Origin: Candidatus Levyibacteriota bacterium | GTDB taxonomy: Bacteria; Patescibacteriota; Microgenomatia; Levybacterales; UBA12049 | Assembly: GCA_963716145.1 (NCBI GenBank) | Contig: OY970292.1 | Span: forward strand, 822,528 to 886,527 | Direction: 5' to 3' | Length of the DNA stretch: 64,000 nucleotides | Part shown: positions 1 to 9,538 of the stretch, in pieces | Numbering within the stretch: position 1 is the stretch's first letter | Layout of the letters: the number at the start of each line of letters is the position of its first letter | Program-made: the position numbers and the translations under genes | Notes under the pieces: generated by a model | Databases searched by the model: none | The model's input: only the letters and a program-made list of their open reading frames with translations | What the model was told of the DNA's origin: nothing

Positions 1-541
1 TATGGTCGGTAACAATGATATCCTGCGCGGTGCTAGGATATGATACAACAATTTGATAAGGGAGAAGATCTCCTATTGCTGCTTGGGAAGGTCCGGTTTT
101 GGTTATGGTCAGTTGCGGCGCATTTGGGTCGGCAGCAGCACTACTTGCCCCCATTATTATTAGAATAATAGCAATTATAAATATAACTATGAGAATCGCG
201 GCAATTACATAAGGGTTTCTTTTTGCAAGCTCAATTGCGCCTTTTGCAAGATTTTTAATGCCTTTTTTAAGGAGTTGGCTTGGGGAGAGGTTTTCCTGCA
301 TTTTTCTCAACCGGTTCATGGGGTTAAGATTTTGGGCCATATCCCTCGCTCTTTTTGCTGGGTTCGTTACATTCGAGATAGCCTTGCCTATTTTTGATTT
401 TCCCTGCTGGTCATGGCCGATTCTTTTGCGTTGTCCGGGATCAAGATTTTCTCCTTTTGCGTTTTTTTCCGTTTTTTCTCCTCCTGGAGGCGCAGATGTT
501 TCGGGCGCGTCTGTCTCAGCATCTAATAAATCTGTGGGCAT
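1..541 (-). CDS. partial CDS (N-terminal part; continues beyond position 1): membrane-anchored surface protein with DUF11-like conserved repeat
   Basis: ATG at 541-539 on minus strand; my translation is open to the window edge. Basic N-terminus, TM helix YVIAAILIVIFIIAIILIIM, then LTITKTGPSQAAIGDLLPYQIVV resembling the DUF11/TIGR01451 repeat. Absent from the ORF track because it runs off the window. Confidence 0.4.
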   Translation of the reverse strand, partial: MPTDLLDAETDAPETSAPPGGEKTEKNAKGENLDPGQRKRIGHDQQGKSKIGKAISNVTNPAKRARDMAQNLNPMNRLRKMQENLSPSQLLKKGIKNLAKGAIELAKRNPYVIAAILIVIFIIAIILIIMGASSAAADPNAPQLTITKTGPSQAAIGDLLPYQIVVSYPSTAQDIIVTDH

Positions 542-560
542 AATTTAATACTAACAAAAA

Positions 561-2708
561 TTAAGGTTTTGGCAAAACTGGGGTGGCGGGACTTGGTGAT
601 TGTACGGGTTCTTGCATAGCAGAACTGACTGGTGGTGTTACCGGAGGAGGTGTCTGTGGATTAGCTCCGCTTGGGGGGATTGGAGCGGAGGGTTCAGATG
701 TTGGCGCCACTGTGGGATCAGGCGTGGTAGCGCTGACTTGAGAAGGAGCGGAAGACGTTATTGTAGGTGCGTTCTGGCTAGGTAGAGTTTGGTTTATTGG
801 TGGAGAGGTTGACAACGCCGACGCCGGGGGCGTAAGGGTTGGTGCTGGCGGTGTGGTTATGAGTGGGGGTGCAATGGGCGCTACAGGTGCAGCGAGACTA
901 TCATTGAGTTTTGATTTTGCAATTGCTGCCTCTTTATCCTGCTGTCTTTTCATTAGTTCTGCCGGGTTTGAAGTAATTAGTTCATGCTCAAAAGGCGCTG
1001 CAAAGACTTTCATCGCCACATGGTTTTGTCCGGCAAAAAATAGTCCCTCCCCCACGTCAGATGATAGAAGCAGGGCTTTTTCCCCTTCTGAGAGATAAAA
1101 CGTGTTGGCAATCATATCCACTTCAGCTGTGCCTTGCTTTAGAAGAATCTGGATTGAGGAATTGGTCAGAACAGCTTTTCCATACTCATTTTTGAGAAAA
1201 TCCTCAACATCCTGAGTTGCGGTAGTCATTCCTAGATAATATTTTCTTGCCCGCTTTGCAAGTGAGTAGACAAAAGAGGCTGAGTCCTGATATTTCATCA
1301 TATACCATGCCTCATCAAGAATTAGAATCCTTTTTTTCAGATTCTTTTTTACCTTTGTCCAGACAAAATCAAGAATGATATGCATGGCAACAGCCCGGAG
1401 TTCTTCTTCAAGATTGCGGATTGAAAAAATAGTCAGCGGATTGTTAATCTCAAAATTTGACTGCTGATTGAAAATCCCAGCAGCTGATCCTTTAATGAAT
1501 TTTTCCAGCCGGTATGCTAGATCTTTCGCCGGCTGATTTTCCATGCCAAGGAGAGTTTTGTATAAGTCTTCCATAAGGGGAGGCTGTTTTCGTTGGGTTG
1601 CCGGATCAGTTGTGATTCCTTTTTGGCGGTAGCATTCAATAAGCGCACGATCCATAATCGCATCATGTTCAGCATCAAGATCACCTGTTATGAGCTTTAA
1701 AAGTCCATGGAGGGATAGAATTTTGAGACCCAGTTCGTTTTCTCCTTCTTCAAAAACATCAGATAAATCAAAAGGATTAATTTTTATCTCTGAGCTTGAT
1801 GAAAAATCCACCACCTCACCGCCAAGAGCCGGTGTCATAGTCTCGTACTCTCCCTCAGGGTCAATTACAATTACTTCAGCCCCAAGCATAAATTGGCGTG
1901 CAATCTCAAGTTTAATAGCATAAGATTTTCCAGCACCTGATTTTCCCAAGACTACTTCGTTGGCATTTTCAAGCGAGAAGCGATCAAAAATAATCAGCGA
2001 GCCGTTTTGTTGATTAACCCCATACATAACCCCTTTATTTTGCGTCAAAATGGCCGAAGTGAAAGGGAAGGTTGAGGCAAGCGATGAGGTATCCATATTG
2101 CGTGTAACATATAGCCTGTCAAGTCCGAGAGGCAGTGTTGACTTAAATCCTTCTTCCATTTGGAGAGTTGCCGTTTTTCCGGCAAGAAGAAGGGAGCCAA
2201 GAGTTGTCTGAAGCTCTTTAACTGTTTGTTGAAGCTCGGGTAGATCAAGCGCTGACACGGTGATATAAAATCCGAATTGGAAAAATCGTTCAATACCCTT
2301 TGCGAGCTCTTCCTGAAGTCCGAGGGCATCTTCAAGCGCTGCTTCAACCGTTGGGTCAGTAACTTTGCCGGCTTCCGCATCGGACGAAAGAGTTGCCTGC
2401 ATTTCTCCAATTTTACGCTTAAGATCTGTCAGAACGTCTTTGGATGATGTGGGATAGCAAAACATTGATATATCCAGAGTGTGATCATAATCAATAATCG
2501 GCTGAAGCCAACCTGGGGAGACATAGCGAGGATAGCCTGCGATAAAAAGGGTTGTGTAAAAAGAATCTCCGACTCGTATGTAGCGGAAATCAACCTCAAC
2601 TGATGAAGGAGCGATGATATCAATTATTGACGTTAATCCCTTTTCAACTGCCCCAATAGCCTTGCTTGACTGAGCAGTAACAGCAGGGACCTGTTTTTTT
2701 GCCCCCAA
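561..2708 (-). CDS. virB4: VirB4/TrbE-like type IV secretion ATPase with C-terminal Pro/Thr/Ser-rich low-complexity tail
   Basis: 715 aa; Walker A GKSGAGKS followed by IVIDPEGEY; overall VirB4/CagE-like order; about 110 aa P/T/S-rich tail. Track start is a TTG. An ATG at 2766 in another frame, joined through T7/T8 runs, would give MKLPFSKKTPANPAVAPTAVG... and abut the stop of the upstream gene. Confidence 0.75.
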   Translation of the reverse strand: MGAKKQVPAVTAQSSKAIGAVEKGLTSIIDIIAPSSVEVDFRYIRVGDSFYTTLFIAGYPRYVSPGWLQPIIDYDHTLDISMFCYPTSSKDVLTDLKRKIGEMQATLSSDAEAGKVTDPTVEAALEDALGLQEELAKGIERFFQFGFYITVSALDLPELQQTVKELQTTLGSLLLAGKTATLQMEEGFKSTLPLGLDRLYVTRNMDTSSLASTFPFTSAILTQNKGVMYGVNQQNGSLIIFDRFSLENANEVVLGKSGAGKSYAIKLEIARQFMLGAEVIVIDPEGEYETMTPALGGEVVDFSSSSEIKINPFDLSDVFEEGENELGLKILSLHGLLKLITGDLDAEHDAIMDRALIECYRQKGITTDPATQRKQPPLMEDLYKTLLGMENQPAKDLAYRLEKFIKGSAAGIFNQQSNFEINNPLTIFSIRNLEEELRAVAMHIILDFVWTKVKKNLKKRILILDEAWYMMKYQDSASFVYSLAKRARKYYLGMTTATQDVEDFLKNEYGKAVLTNSSIQILLKQGTAEVDMIANTFYLSEGEKALLLSSDVGEGLFFAGQNHVAMKVFAAPFEHELITSNPAELMKRQQDKEAAIAKSKLNDSLAAPVAPIAPPLITTPPAPTLTPPASALSTSPPINQTLPSQNAPTITSSAPSQVSATTPDPTVAPTSEPSAPIPPSGANPQTPPPVTPPVSSAMQEPVQSPSPATPVLPKP

Positions 2709-2762
2709 CAGCTGTAGGCGCTACGGCAGGGTTTGCGGGTGTTTTTTTTGAAAAGGGTAGCT

Positions 2763-3440
2763 TCATGTCTTGGGTCCTCCTGTTACAATCGATGCTCCTA
2801 CAGCCGGATCAATTTGCTCAACTTCAATATCTGCACCATTGTTATAAATGTCGTAAAAAAGTTTAATTAAATCTTCCCGTTCCAGCACCCTTGCCGATAC
2901 TGCAAACTTTTGTAGTTGACCAAGTACCGTTTCCGCTTTGGATTGCAGACTTTTCGCCGCACCTTCCGGCAGAGACTTGGTTTGAGCATTTGTTTTTTGT
3001 CCCTTTTGAGCCGTTTGCTTCACACCAACCATGCCCATCTCAAGTGAGGAGAATGGAATAACTATGTAAAACGACTTGTTTAGAACAACATTTACCGTTA
3101 CCATTTCCTGGACAAAATCACGGTAGTAGCCGATGTAGGTCTGTAGCTGCGGGTTTTTGCTGCTGGCAATTATTTCATCCAAGTCCTTTAAATACGAGGT
3201 AATATCAATTCTTTTATTCCTTATAAGTATTTGGATAGGGAAAGACAGCGAGTTGAGAAGAGAAGCATAAGAAAAAATTCTGCTGTCCTGCTCTCTTTTG
3301 GACAAAAGAGCAAAATTGCTTGCAGTTATTTCAATTATCAGACAAGCAGCTCCACCTTCCATAACGACCACATTTTCAACGAAATCAACAATCTCGGTGA
3401 ATTTTTGGGTTGACGCATGAATTTTTTGGGCAGCACTCAT
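2763..3440 (-). CDS. hypothetical protein, translationally coupled upstream partner of virB4
   Basis: 225 aa ORF, no recognisable motif; its stop at 2763 directly precedes the candidate virB4 ATG at 2766. Confidence 0.45.
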   Translation of the reverse strand: MSAAQKIHASTQKFTEIVDFVENVVVMEGGAACLIIEITASNFALLSKREQDSRIFSYASLLNSLSFPIQILIRNKRIDITSYLKDLDEIIASSKNPQLQTYIGYYRDFVQEMVTVNVVLNKSFYIVIPFSSLEMGMVGVKQTAQKGQKTNAQTKSLPEGAAKSLQSKAETVLGQLQKFAVSARVLEREDLIKLFYDIYNNGADIEVEQIDPAVGASIVTGGPKT

Positions 3441-3443
3441 AAT

Positions 3444-4757
3444 TTAACTAAATAAATCCTTTCGTAGCTCTTCACGTTTATCATAAGAAGTAATTTCAAT
3501 CGGCTGCATTATTTGATCATTTGCGGTAATTTGGATGGAATCAAACGTGTGCTGCTTTTTTAGATCCTCAAGCGTTATTGTATATGTGCCTGAAGCAAGC
3601 GGCGTAGCAGATGCAAAATTGCCAAGTGAGTTGGTTTTAAAGGCTCTTACCGGATTACCGCTTTTGTCTTTTATTTCAACCAGAATGTTGGGTAGGACGT
3701 TTCCTCTTGCATCCTTAACCATTCCCGAAACTACATTTGGTGTATCTGATGCAAAAATTCCAAGGCGTTTGTTCATGTCTGTTGGCACGCTTCTCACATG
3801 CGGAGTTTTCGTTTCAATAGGAGTTGTTTTTGCGACATCAGTTTTTGCAGCAGGTACTGCCGGAGTAGCCTGCTGGGTTGATAATTGTTTTTTTAAGTTC
3901 ATAATTTCCTGCTCAAGTAACTGTTTTTGGGAATGAATTTCCGCAACCTGTTTTTCCAGATCTTGCGCTTTCAGGGGAGCGTCCGGAAGAATACTCGGAG
4001 ACTGAAGAGTAGCCTCTTGATGCGTTGCGAACTCTAATTGTTTTTCTAAAGCAGCTTCTTTTTCAGAAAGAATTTCAGGCGATGGTTTTACGGCCGGGAC
4101 ATTTGCGATTGGTTTATCAGAGGGCTTTGGTGATGCATTTGGCAGATTTTTAGGTAAACCGGGAGGGGTGGCTGGAAGCGTTTGGCTTTGGGGAGTTGCG
4201 ACTGGAGATGCCAGAATAGAGCTAAGAAATGCCGCTTCCCGCGCGTCTTGTGGGTTTTTTATTTTACTCTCAGAACTATTAATTAAAATTTTTTGCAATT
4301 CCCTTCCTCTCTCGTTAATCATTTTTTGCTTTGGGGTACTATGCGCATCCTGTCCTGAGCTTGTCGAAGGATGCGGTTTGGAAAGAGATATTGTTGAAAA
4401 GCTGAATTTTTTATCCATCTTGTGGTATATGTATTGATTTGGAGAGAATAAAGCTTTCATAAAATTTCCTGCCATAATGTCAATAGGTCTACCGTCAACC
4501 GGAACAAAAGCCAGGATTGGTCCGCTTGCCCCAAAAAGAGGTATAAGGAGGATTTTTAAAAAGATAGCAAGAATTCCACCAGGTAAGGGCAGATAATAGA
4601 TTATCGCAGCTCCTATGACGCCTGCCGCAACATAGCCAAACTGCTTGACAGTCATCGAGCCTATAAGCTTAAACTGAAATCCTGTTACATTTTGTGGTAT
4701 TGGGTGTTGGTCCATTGCTGATACAAAAAGTGTATAACGTGAAAAATAGCATTGCAA
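3444..4757 (-). CDS. membrane protein: N-terminal TM hairpin, Pro-rich linker, coiled coil, C-terminal beta-sandwich-like domain (VirB10-like architecture only)
   Basis: 437 aa; TM segments at about residues 40-95; PATPPGLPKNLPNASPKPSDKP Pro-rich; heptad-like QLLEQEIMNLKKQL; C-terminal GNVLPNILVEIKDKSGNPV...GTYTITLED resembles carboxypeptidase-regulatory/Big-type fold. Confidence 0.45.
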   Translation of the reverse strand: MQCYFSRYTLFVSAMDQHPIPQNVTGFQFKLIGSMTVKQFGYVAAGVIGAAIIYYLPLPGGILAIFLKILLIPLFGASGPILAFVPVDGRPIDIMAGNFMKALFSPNQYIYHKMDKKFSFSTISLSKPHPSTSSGQDAHSTPKQKMINERGRELQKILINSSESKIKNPQDAREAAFLSSILASPVATPQSQTLPATPPGLPKNLPNASPKPSDKPIANVPAVKPSPEILSEKEAALEKQLEFATHQEATLQSPSILPDAPLKAQDLEKQVAEIHSQKQLLEQEIMNLKKQLSTQQATPAVPAAKTDVAKTTPIETKTPHVRSVPTDMNKRLGIFASDTPNVVSGMVKDARGNVLPNILVEIKDKSGNPVRAFKTNSLGNFASATPLASGTYTITLEDLKKQHTFDSIQITANDQIMQPIEITSYDKREELRKDLFS

Positions 4758-4816
4758 CTCCTACAAAGTAGGTCAAACGGAATACGTTGCGAGGCTGACT
4801 TGTGAAAAGTTGAGGA

Positions 4817-5143
4817 TTATTTGCAGCCGCCATTGTTAATGGCTTCAATATTCGTAATACAGTCTGAGGATTTGGTGATAAAGCCGATAAAGTACAAAAT
4901 GGCAAAAGAGGAAAGGACGGTAATAGCGCCGATTATTGCATAGTTCATGATCTTGCGGGCTGCTTCTACTTGCTTGGGATCACCACCTGATGTAACTAGT
5001 CTGATGCCGGAATAAATAATCAGAGAAAGAGCAACAACGCCGACAAATATCAGAAAAGCATTAACGACATTGTGAAAGACAACGGGAAGACAGCGAAGTG
5101 TCGCAACACCATTCTCAACGCAATTTCCCCAAGGTTGAAACAT
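4817..5143 (-). CDS. small two-TM hairpin protein, VirB2/TrbC-like putative T4SS pilin (paralog 1 of 3)
   Basis: 108 aa; two hydrophobic helices separated by loop TSGGDPKQVEAARKIMNYAIIGAI. Same motif as ORFs 50536..50982 and 50998..51321 (SGGDK..ARxxI..AI(I/V)GL). Confidence 0.45.
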   Translation of the reverse strand: MFQPWGNCVENGVATLRCLPVVFHNVVNAFLIFVGVVALSLIIYSGIRLVTSGGDPKQVEAARKIMNYAIIGAITVLSSFAILYFIGFITKSSDCITNIEAINNGGCK

Positions 5144-5187
5144 ATATAAAGATTAACAAATAGAAAGATAGAAAAGCAAGGCTTTGG

Positions 5188-7377
5188 TCAAAAAGAGACT
5201 TTATACAGCTTTGTGTTTTGGTTTTGGTATACAAGCGTTCCCATCTTTTGGAATTTTTGCTCAGAAAGCGTAGGGTATTTTTGCTGCTCTAAAGACCCAA
5301 TGAAAACGTACTCCACTTTATATTTTTGGAGCAAGTTCTTAGCTACTTGTAAATCCTGGGTTTCATATATGGTTTTTATTTCGTTAATTCTAGGTGCGGG
5401 AATATCATATGTTCCGCGCCAGAGCCATTCATGCACTGTCCAGCCTAGAACAGTCGGGAGGCCGGTATTTGATGATACGCGGGCAAAATCAGTGTATGAG
5501 TCGCTTTGCGCTTCAAGAATTACAGGCTGACCCGTTATGTTTTTGTTAATCCACTCAATTGCAGTATAGTCATATGGGTAGAGAGTTTTAAGATAATCAG
5601 TTCCGTCCAGACCCTTTTGTGTTTTGAGATCGCCATAATACGATTTAATCGCGAGATAAGGATAGGCCATGACGAGGGTTATTAAGCTAATAACTAATAA
5701 CAAATAACTAATAACTAATAACGTTTTTTTATAATTTATAATTTGAAATTTGAAATTTGAAATTATTCTCACGATTATGTATCCGCAGGAAAGCGAGAGC
5801 ATTATAAATGCTTGAAAAACGAGTTTAAACATCGTATTTGCCCGGTAGTGAGCCGGGTAAATGTCTTTTAGGTAAATGAATTCAGGAAGAATAATTAGAA
5901 AAGTTGAGAGAATCAAGAGCAATAATACGAATATGTCTGCCTGCAAAAACTTTTTGGCTTTCCTCATAAACAGCAAATAGGAGAAAACAAAGAAGTAGAA
6001 GAACCCATAAAGTATGAGCAATTGCCACCAATATGAATGTTGGCAATGCTTTGCTTCAAACAGAAAAGGACCGATTTTACCGATTTTATTTAAAAAATTT
6101 GGGGCGCAAAGTATGCCAATACCGGAGGCAAAGGGCTTGAAAAAGTAGCTGTAGGGCATTGAAAATACAACCAGGCTTACAAAGACTATAAAAATAGAAA
6201 AAAAGAAGTTTATTAATTTTTTAGAATAAACATAAAAAAGCACAAGCGATGCAAGAAGGAGGTAAATCCCCCCATCCCATGCATTAGTCATATACATCAC
6301 TGAAAGTAAAAACCCAATCAGGATTAGACTCGGAAAACTCGGAATACTCTGAAAACCAGACTTTCTGACTGTCAGATTTTCAGACGACCTGATATTGCTG
6401 ACGTTCTGAGTTTTCTGAGTGTTCTGGAAAAAAGCAAGTAGTACAGCAATTGTGAGCAGTACAAATGGAATATCAAGAACATGTCCGTGCAGATCCGCAA
6501 CCACCCATGAATAAATCGGAAATTCATGAATTGTGTGATCTATAAAACGAGTCGCGTTGGGGTACCAGTATGAGTTCGGGAAGCTTAAGGGTAAGAATTT
6601 AAGCTGCCATAAAGGGACAGGATGCTCGGCTGTGTAGGGTTTGAAAAAAGCATAAAGAATGTGTAGATTTCCTGCAAAAGTGACAAGGCTGGCTGTTAAA
6701 AATCCTGCAGCAAAGTTTTTGATGCCAGCTATTTTTTTGTTTTTTTGCATAAGGGCATAAAGATTTGCGCCTAGAGAAAAGGCTTCTGTAAAGCAGAATG
6801 CAAAAATTGTGGAAAGCATGAGATTGAATGTAATTTTGGAAGGAATGTCTGATAATCTGGTCAATACAGCTGTAGCCAAGTGACCAAAGTAATAATAATT
6901 GATAAAAAACGGAGTAAACCACATGTCTTTTGGGGGGAAGTAGTCCGCTCTAAGAATTGAGTTTATAAATCCAAAATCCATATATTTTTCAAGCCCATGA
7001 ATCTCAGGATTAAAAGAATGAATATATGCCCAGAAAAATAGACTAAGCAGGAATAGTATTTCTTCAAAAAGCAATAGCTTCCAGTTAAGTTTTAGGATTT
7101 GTAGGGTTTTTGACCTCAATGGGATCAGTATGAAAAGCAGTATTGCAAGAAAAATAAAAATAAGAAAGGAGAAGAATTGAGTAAATGGGGTTAGATGCAA
7201 AACCCCAAAAATAAAAATCGCGTAAGACGTAAAAGCAATGCCGAGTATTTTTGAGAAAATATATCCGCGGTCAAAAAACTTTTCAAACAGGAAAAATGTT
7301 AGCGGCAAAAATCCGGTTTCCAACATTAAGATAGTTAACCACCATTGTAAAACTGAGTGAATATCGGAAGGAAGCAT
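5188..7377 (-). CDS. large polytopic membrane protein, DUF2298/GT-C-like (possible oligosaccharyl/glycosyl transferase)
   Basis: 729 aa, more than 12 predicted TM helices plus a C-terminal soluble domain; contains in-frame heptamer repeats (TAATAAC x5, AATTTGA x3.5). Confidence 0.4.
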   Translation of the reverse strand: MLPSDIHSVLQWWLTILMLETGFLPLTFFLFEKFFDRGYIFSKILGIAFTSYAIFIFGVLHLTPFTQFFSFLIFIFLAILLFILIPLRSKTLQILKLNWKLLLFEEILFLLSLFFWAYIHSFNPEIHGLEKYMDFGFINSILRADYFPPKDMWFTPFFINYYYFGHLATAVLTRLSDIPSKITFNLMLSTIFAFCFTEAFSLGANLYALMQKNKKIAGIKNFAAGFLTASLVTFAGNLHILYAFFKPYTAEHPVPLWQLKFLPLSFPNSYWYPNATRFIDHTIHEFPIYSWVVADLHGHVLDIPFVLLTIAVLLAFFQNTQKTQNVSNIRSSENLTVRKSGFQSIPSFPSLILIGFLLSVMYMTNAWDGGIYLLLASLVLFYVYSKKLINFFFSIFIVFVSLVVFSMPYSYFFKPFASGIGILCAPNFLNKIGKIGPFLFEAKHCQHSYWWQLLILYGFFYFFVFSYLLFMRKAKKFLQADIFVLLLLILSTFLIILPEFIYLKDIYPAHYRANTMFKLVFQAFIMLSLSCGYIIVRIISNFKFQIINYKKTLLVISYLLLVISLITLVMAYPYLAIKSYYGDLKTQKGLDGTDYLKTLYPYDYTAIEWINKNITGQPVILEAQSDSYTDFARVSSNTGLPTVLGWTVHEWLWRGTYDIPAPRINEIKTIYETQDLQVAKNLLQKYKVEYVFIGSLEQQKYPTLSEQKFQKMGTLVYQNQNTKLYKVSF
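5690..5765. repeat. two heptanucleotide tandem repeat tracts inside CDS 5188..7377: (TAATAAC)x5 (one variant unit) and (AATTTGA)x3.5
   Basis: direct reading: ctaataactaataacaaataactaataactaataac ... aatttgaaatttgaaatttgaaatt; encodes LLVISYLLLVISL and NFKFQI on the minus strand. Confidence 0.8.
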
Positions 7378-7382
7378 AAAAA

Positions 7383-7922
7383 TTATTTGAAAATTTCGGT
7401 AAGCTTTGAGATAGCGAATATATTGTTGGGCAAATCCTGTATTTTCGCCATGTCATTTAGCCAAAAAAATTTAGTTTTAGTATTCGTTTTTGCTGCGTGC
7501 TTGATAAGAGATAGATCATCATCAATATAAATATCAAGGTTCAATTTATTAATAATTTTTTGTTTAAAAACATGAGGCTGGATATTTTCAAAATTGAAAT
7601 ACATCTCATCAAATATTTCATTTAATCCATATCGCTTTATTAGTTTTTCGGTGCGTTTTTCCAGAAATTTAAATCGGCTGGAAATAAGATAGAGCTTGTT
7701 ATTTTTTTTGGGAAGTCTTTTTAGAAAGTCCATATTTTCTTTAATTGCGGGTCTGAGAAATGGTGTATGGCTTGCTCTTCTAAGTAGTTGCTCGGGGTAT
7801 GATGGAATTCTGTAAAGCAGTATGCCATTGTCCTTTTTCTTATAAAGCTTGTCAATTAATTTTGGTGAAACAAAGGGAGGGTAGTCAATAAAAACTTTGT
7901 CCAAATCAAAACCAATATTCAT
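7383..7922 (-). CDS. HAD-superfamily hydrolase-like protein (5'(3')-nucleotidase-like)
   Basis: 179 aa; N-terminal FDLDKV matches HAD motif I DxDx(T/V); IYIDDD matches motif IV. Confidence 0.45.
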   Translation of the reverse strand: MNIGFDLDKVFIDYPPFVSPKLIDKLYKKKDNGILLYRIPSYPEQLLRRASHTPFLRPAIKENMDFLKRLPKKNNKLYLISSRFKFLEKRTEKLIKRYGLNEIFDEMYFNFENIQPHVFKQKIINKLNLDIYIDDDLSLIKHAAKTNTKTKFFWLNDMAKIQDLPNNIFAISKLTEIFK

Positions 7923-7953
7923 AAAATTAAGTTAAATAGTCAATTTACCAGCT

Positions 7954-9538
7954 CTATTGTACTACGCTGCCTATTTGAAAGGCAACGGTTTTATTGGGAT
8001 AGTAAATTTTTTTTAAACTGAAAAATTTTAAATTAGGTCTTTGCTGTAGATAAGCAGGAGTTACGGCAAAAAGTTGTTTACGTGTCGGTATATAAGAATC
8101 ATCCGGCGTTCCGATTCTACACTTCTCGCAATTGTTAGGCGCATAGAATTTAATAAAAATGTATGGAGCGTTAAATTCTCCAACCATATAAAAATCATCA
8201 TAAGATTCTTCGTTTACAGCAAAATAATTGACGATTTCCCTGGGTTCAGTATTGCCAACCCCAGAAATCAGAAGAGTAATTTGGGTAGGAAATAAAATAA
8301 TTTGACAGGAAATTTGCGAAAGAAATAATTAGCACAATTGAAGAAGTAGAAATAAAAGCCAATTGGAAATATTTTTTAAAACCAAGAGTTATTCTCAGTA
8401 AGTATACGACGCCCGCTGCCGAGAGTATTTGAAAAGGCAAAGTCCCAATAATTGATCTTGTTGCCTGCGGACTTTCATCAATTGTAAATATGCTGCCCAT
8501 TGGATACAGAACAAGCCATAACAAAAGAGCAAAAAATGCTTTACTTTTTTTCTTAAATAGCATAATTGCTCCAAAAACAATTAAAGGAAGCTGAAGCAAA
8601 TAAAGCTCTCCAATGCCTCTTATAGAATGTCTTGATATGAATTGTCCCGGCATGTCAATGTCTCCTTTGAGAAATAAGAAGTCTGCTGAGAAATGTCTGA
8701 AATAATTTGAGAGGATGTGAGTTGTTATTGTTTGCTTTTGTGGAGGATTAGAAAAAATGTTTACTTGCTGCCAGCGGGCAAGCCCAACAGGAGACAGTAG
8801 GTTTTGGATAAAAGGAGCAAGTAAAATAAGCAACAGAATAAAGCTTAAAATAGATTCTTTTTTATGTGAAAGAAAAAAACGGAAATAGATAGCAAATAAT
8901 CCTAGTCCAAATAGCGGGATAAAAATCCGCGCTGGAAAATAGCAATACATTGCCAAGGCAAAAGAAGTGAGGGATAAGTATAAAAATTTTGGTTTCAGTT
9001 GTGCTTTAAGAAAGAAATATAGTCCTATTGTGGTAAAAAAAACAAAGGCCATTAGACCCTCAAGCGATACGCGACTGAAGTGGATGTGCCAGGGAGATAT
9101 TGCCAGAAACAGAGCAGACAAAAGAGCGAGTTGCTGCCTGTGTTTGTCGTGGATGAATAGCTCTTTTGTTAGAAGATAAATTGCGATTATTGACAATATT
9201 CCATATGTAACAGAGACTAGCCTAACCGACATTTCATTAAGCCCAAAAAGCGCTACCAAAGGAACTGTGCTGTAGGTTTGGATAGGGCTTTTATATTCAC
9301 CAAAGGCTCTAAAAAAGAAAGGAAGATGCGCGCCGTGTTCATCAAAGCCTGTTGTTAAAATACTGAAAGCATTATAGCCAATTGATGCCTCATCAGCGAA
9401 AAATCCTGCGGGTATATTTGCTAAATTGTATGTTCTCAGACCAAATCCCAGGACAAGTATTAGAAGAAATATAATAAAATGGGTTTTGGATTTTATTCCC
9501 CGGGAAGAATCCTTTGCTGCGTGTTGATTTATTTTCAC
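7954..9538 (-). CDS. ArnT/PMT (GT39/GT83)-family GT-C membrane glycosyltransferase; reading frame interrupted near 8246
   Basis: N-terminal TM, then loop FFADEASIGYNAF (the DE motif of the PMT/ArnT family). ORF 8246..9538 ends at TGA. The next frame is open from that stop to 7954 (EIVNYFAVNEESYDDFYMVGEF...). Paralogs are about 565 aa, so a 1-nt indel is likely. Confidence 0.55.

Noticed and set aside
258-548. 96-aa plus-strand ORF
   Set aside because: Fully overlapped by a better-supported minus-strand partial CDS (1..541) with TM and DUF11-like repeat. Composition is low-complexity and Phe/Ser-rich, typical of an antisense artefact
8395-8580. Small overlapping ORFs within the GT-C genes (e.g. 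8395..8580, 8967..9179, 11159..11386, 12438..13338, 14818..15084)
   Set aside because: They are nested in or antisense to long membrane-protein ORFs, with no independent start context
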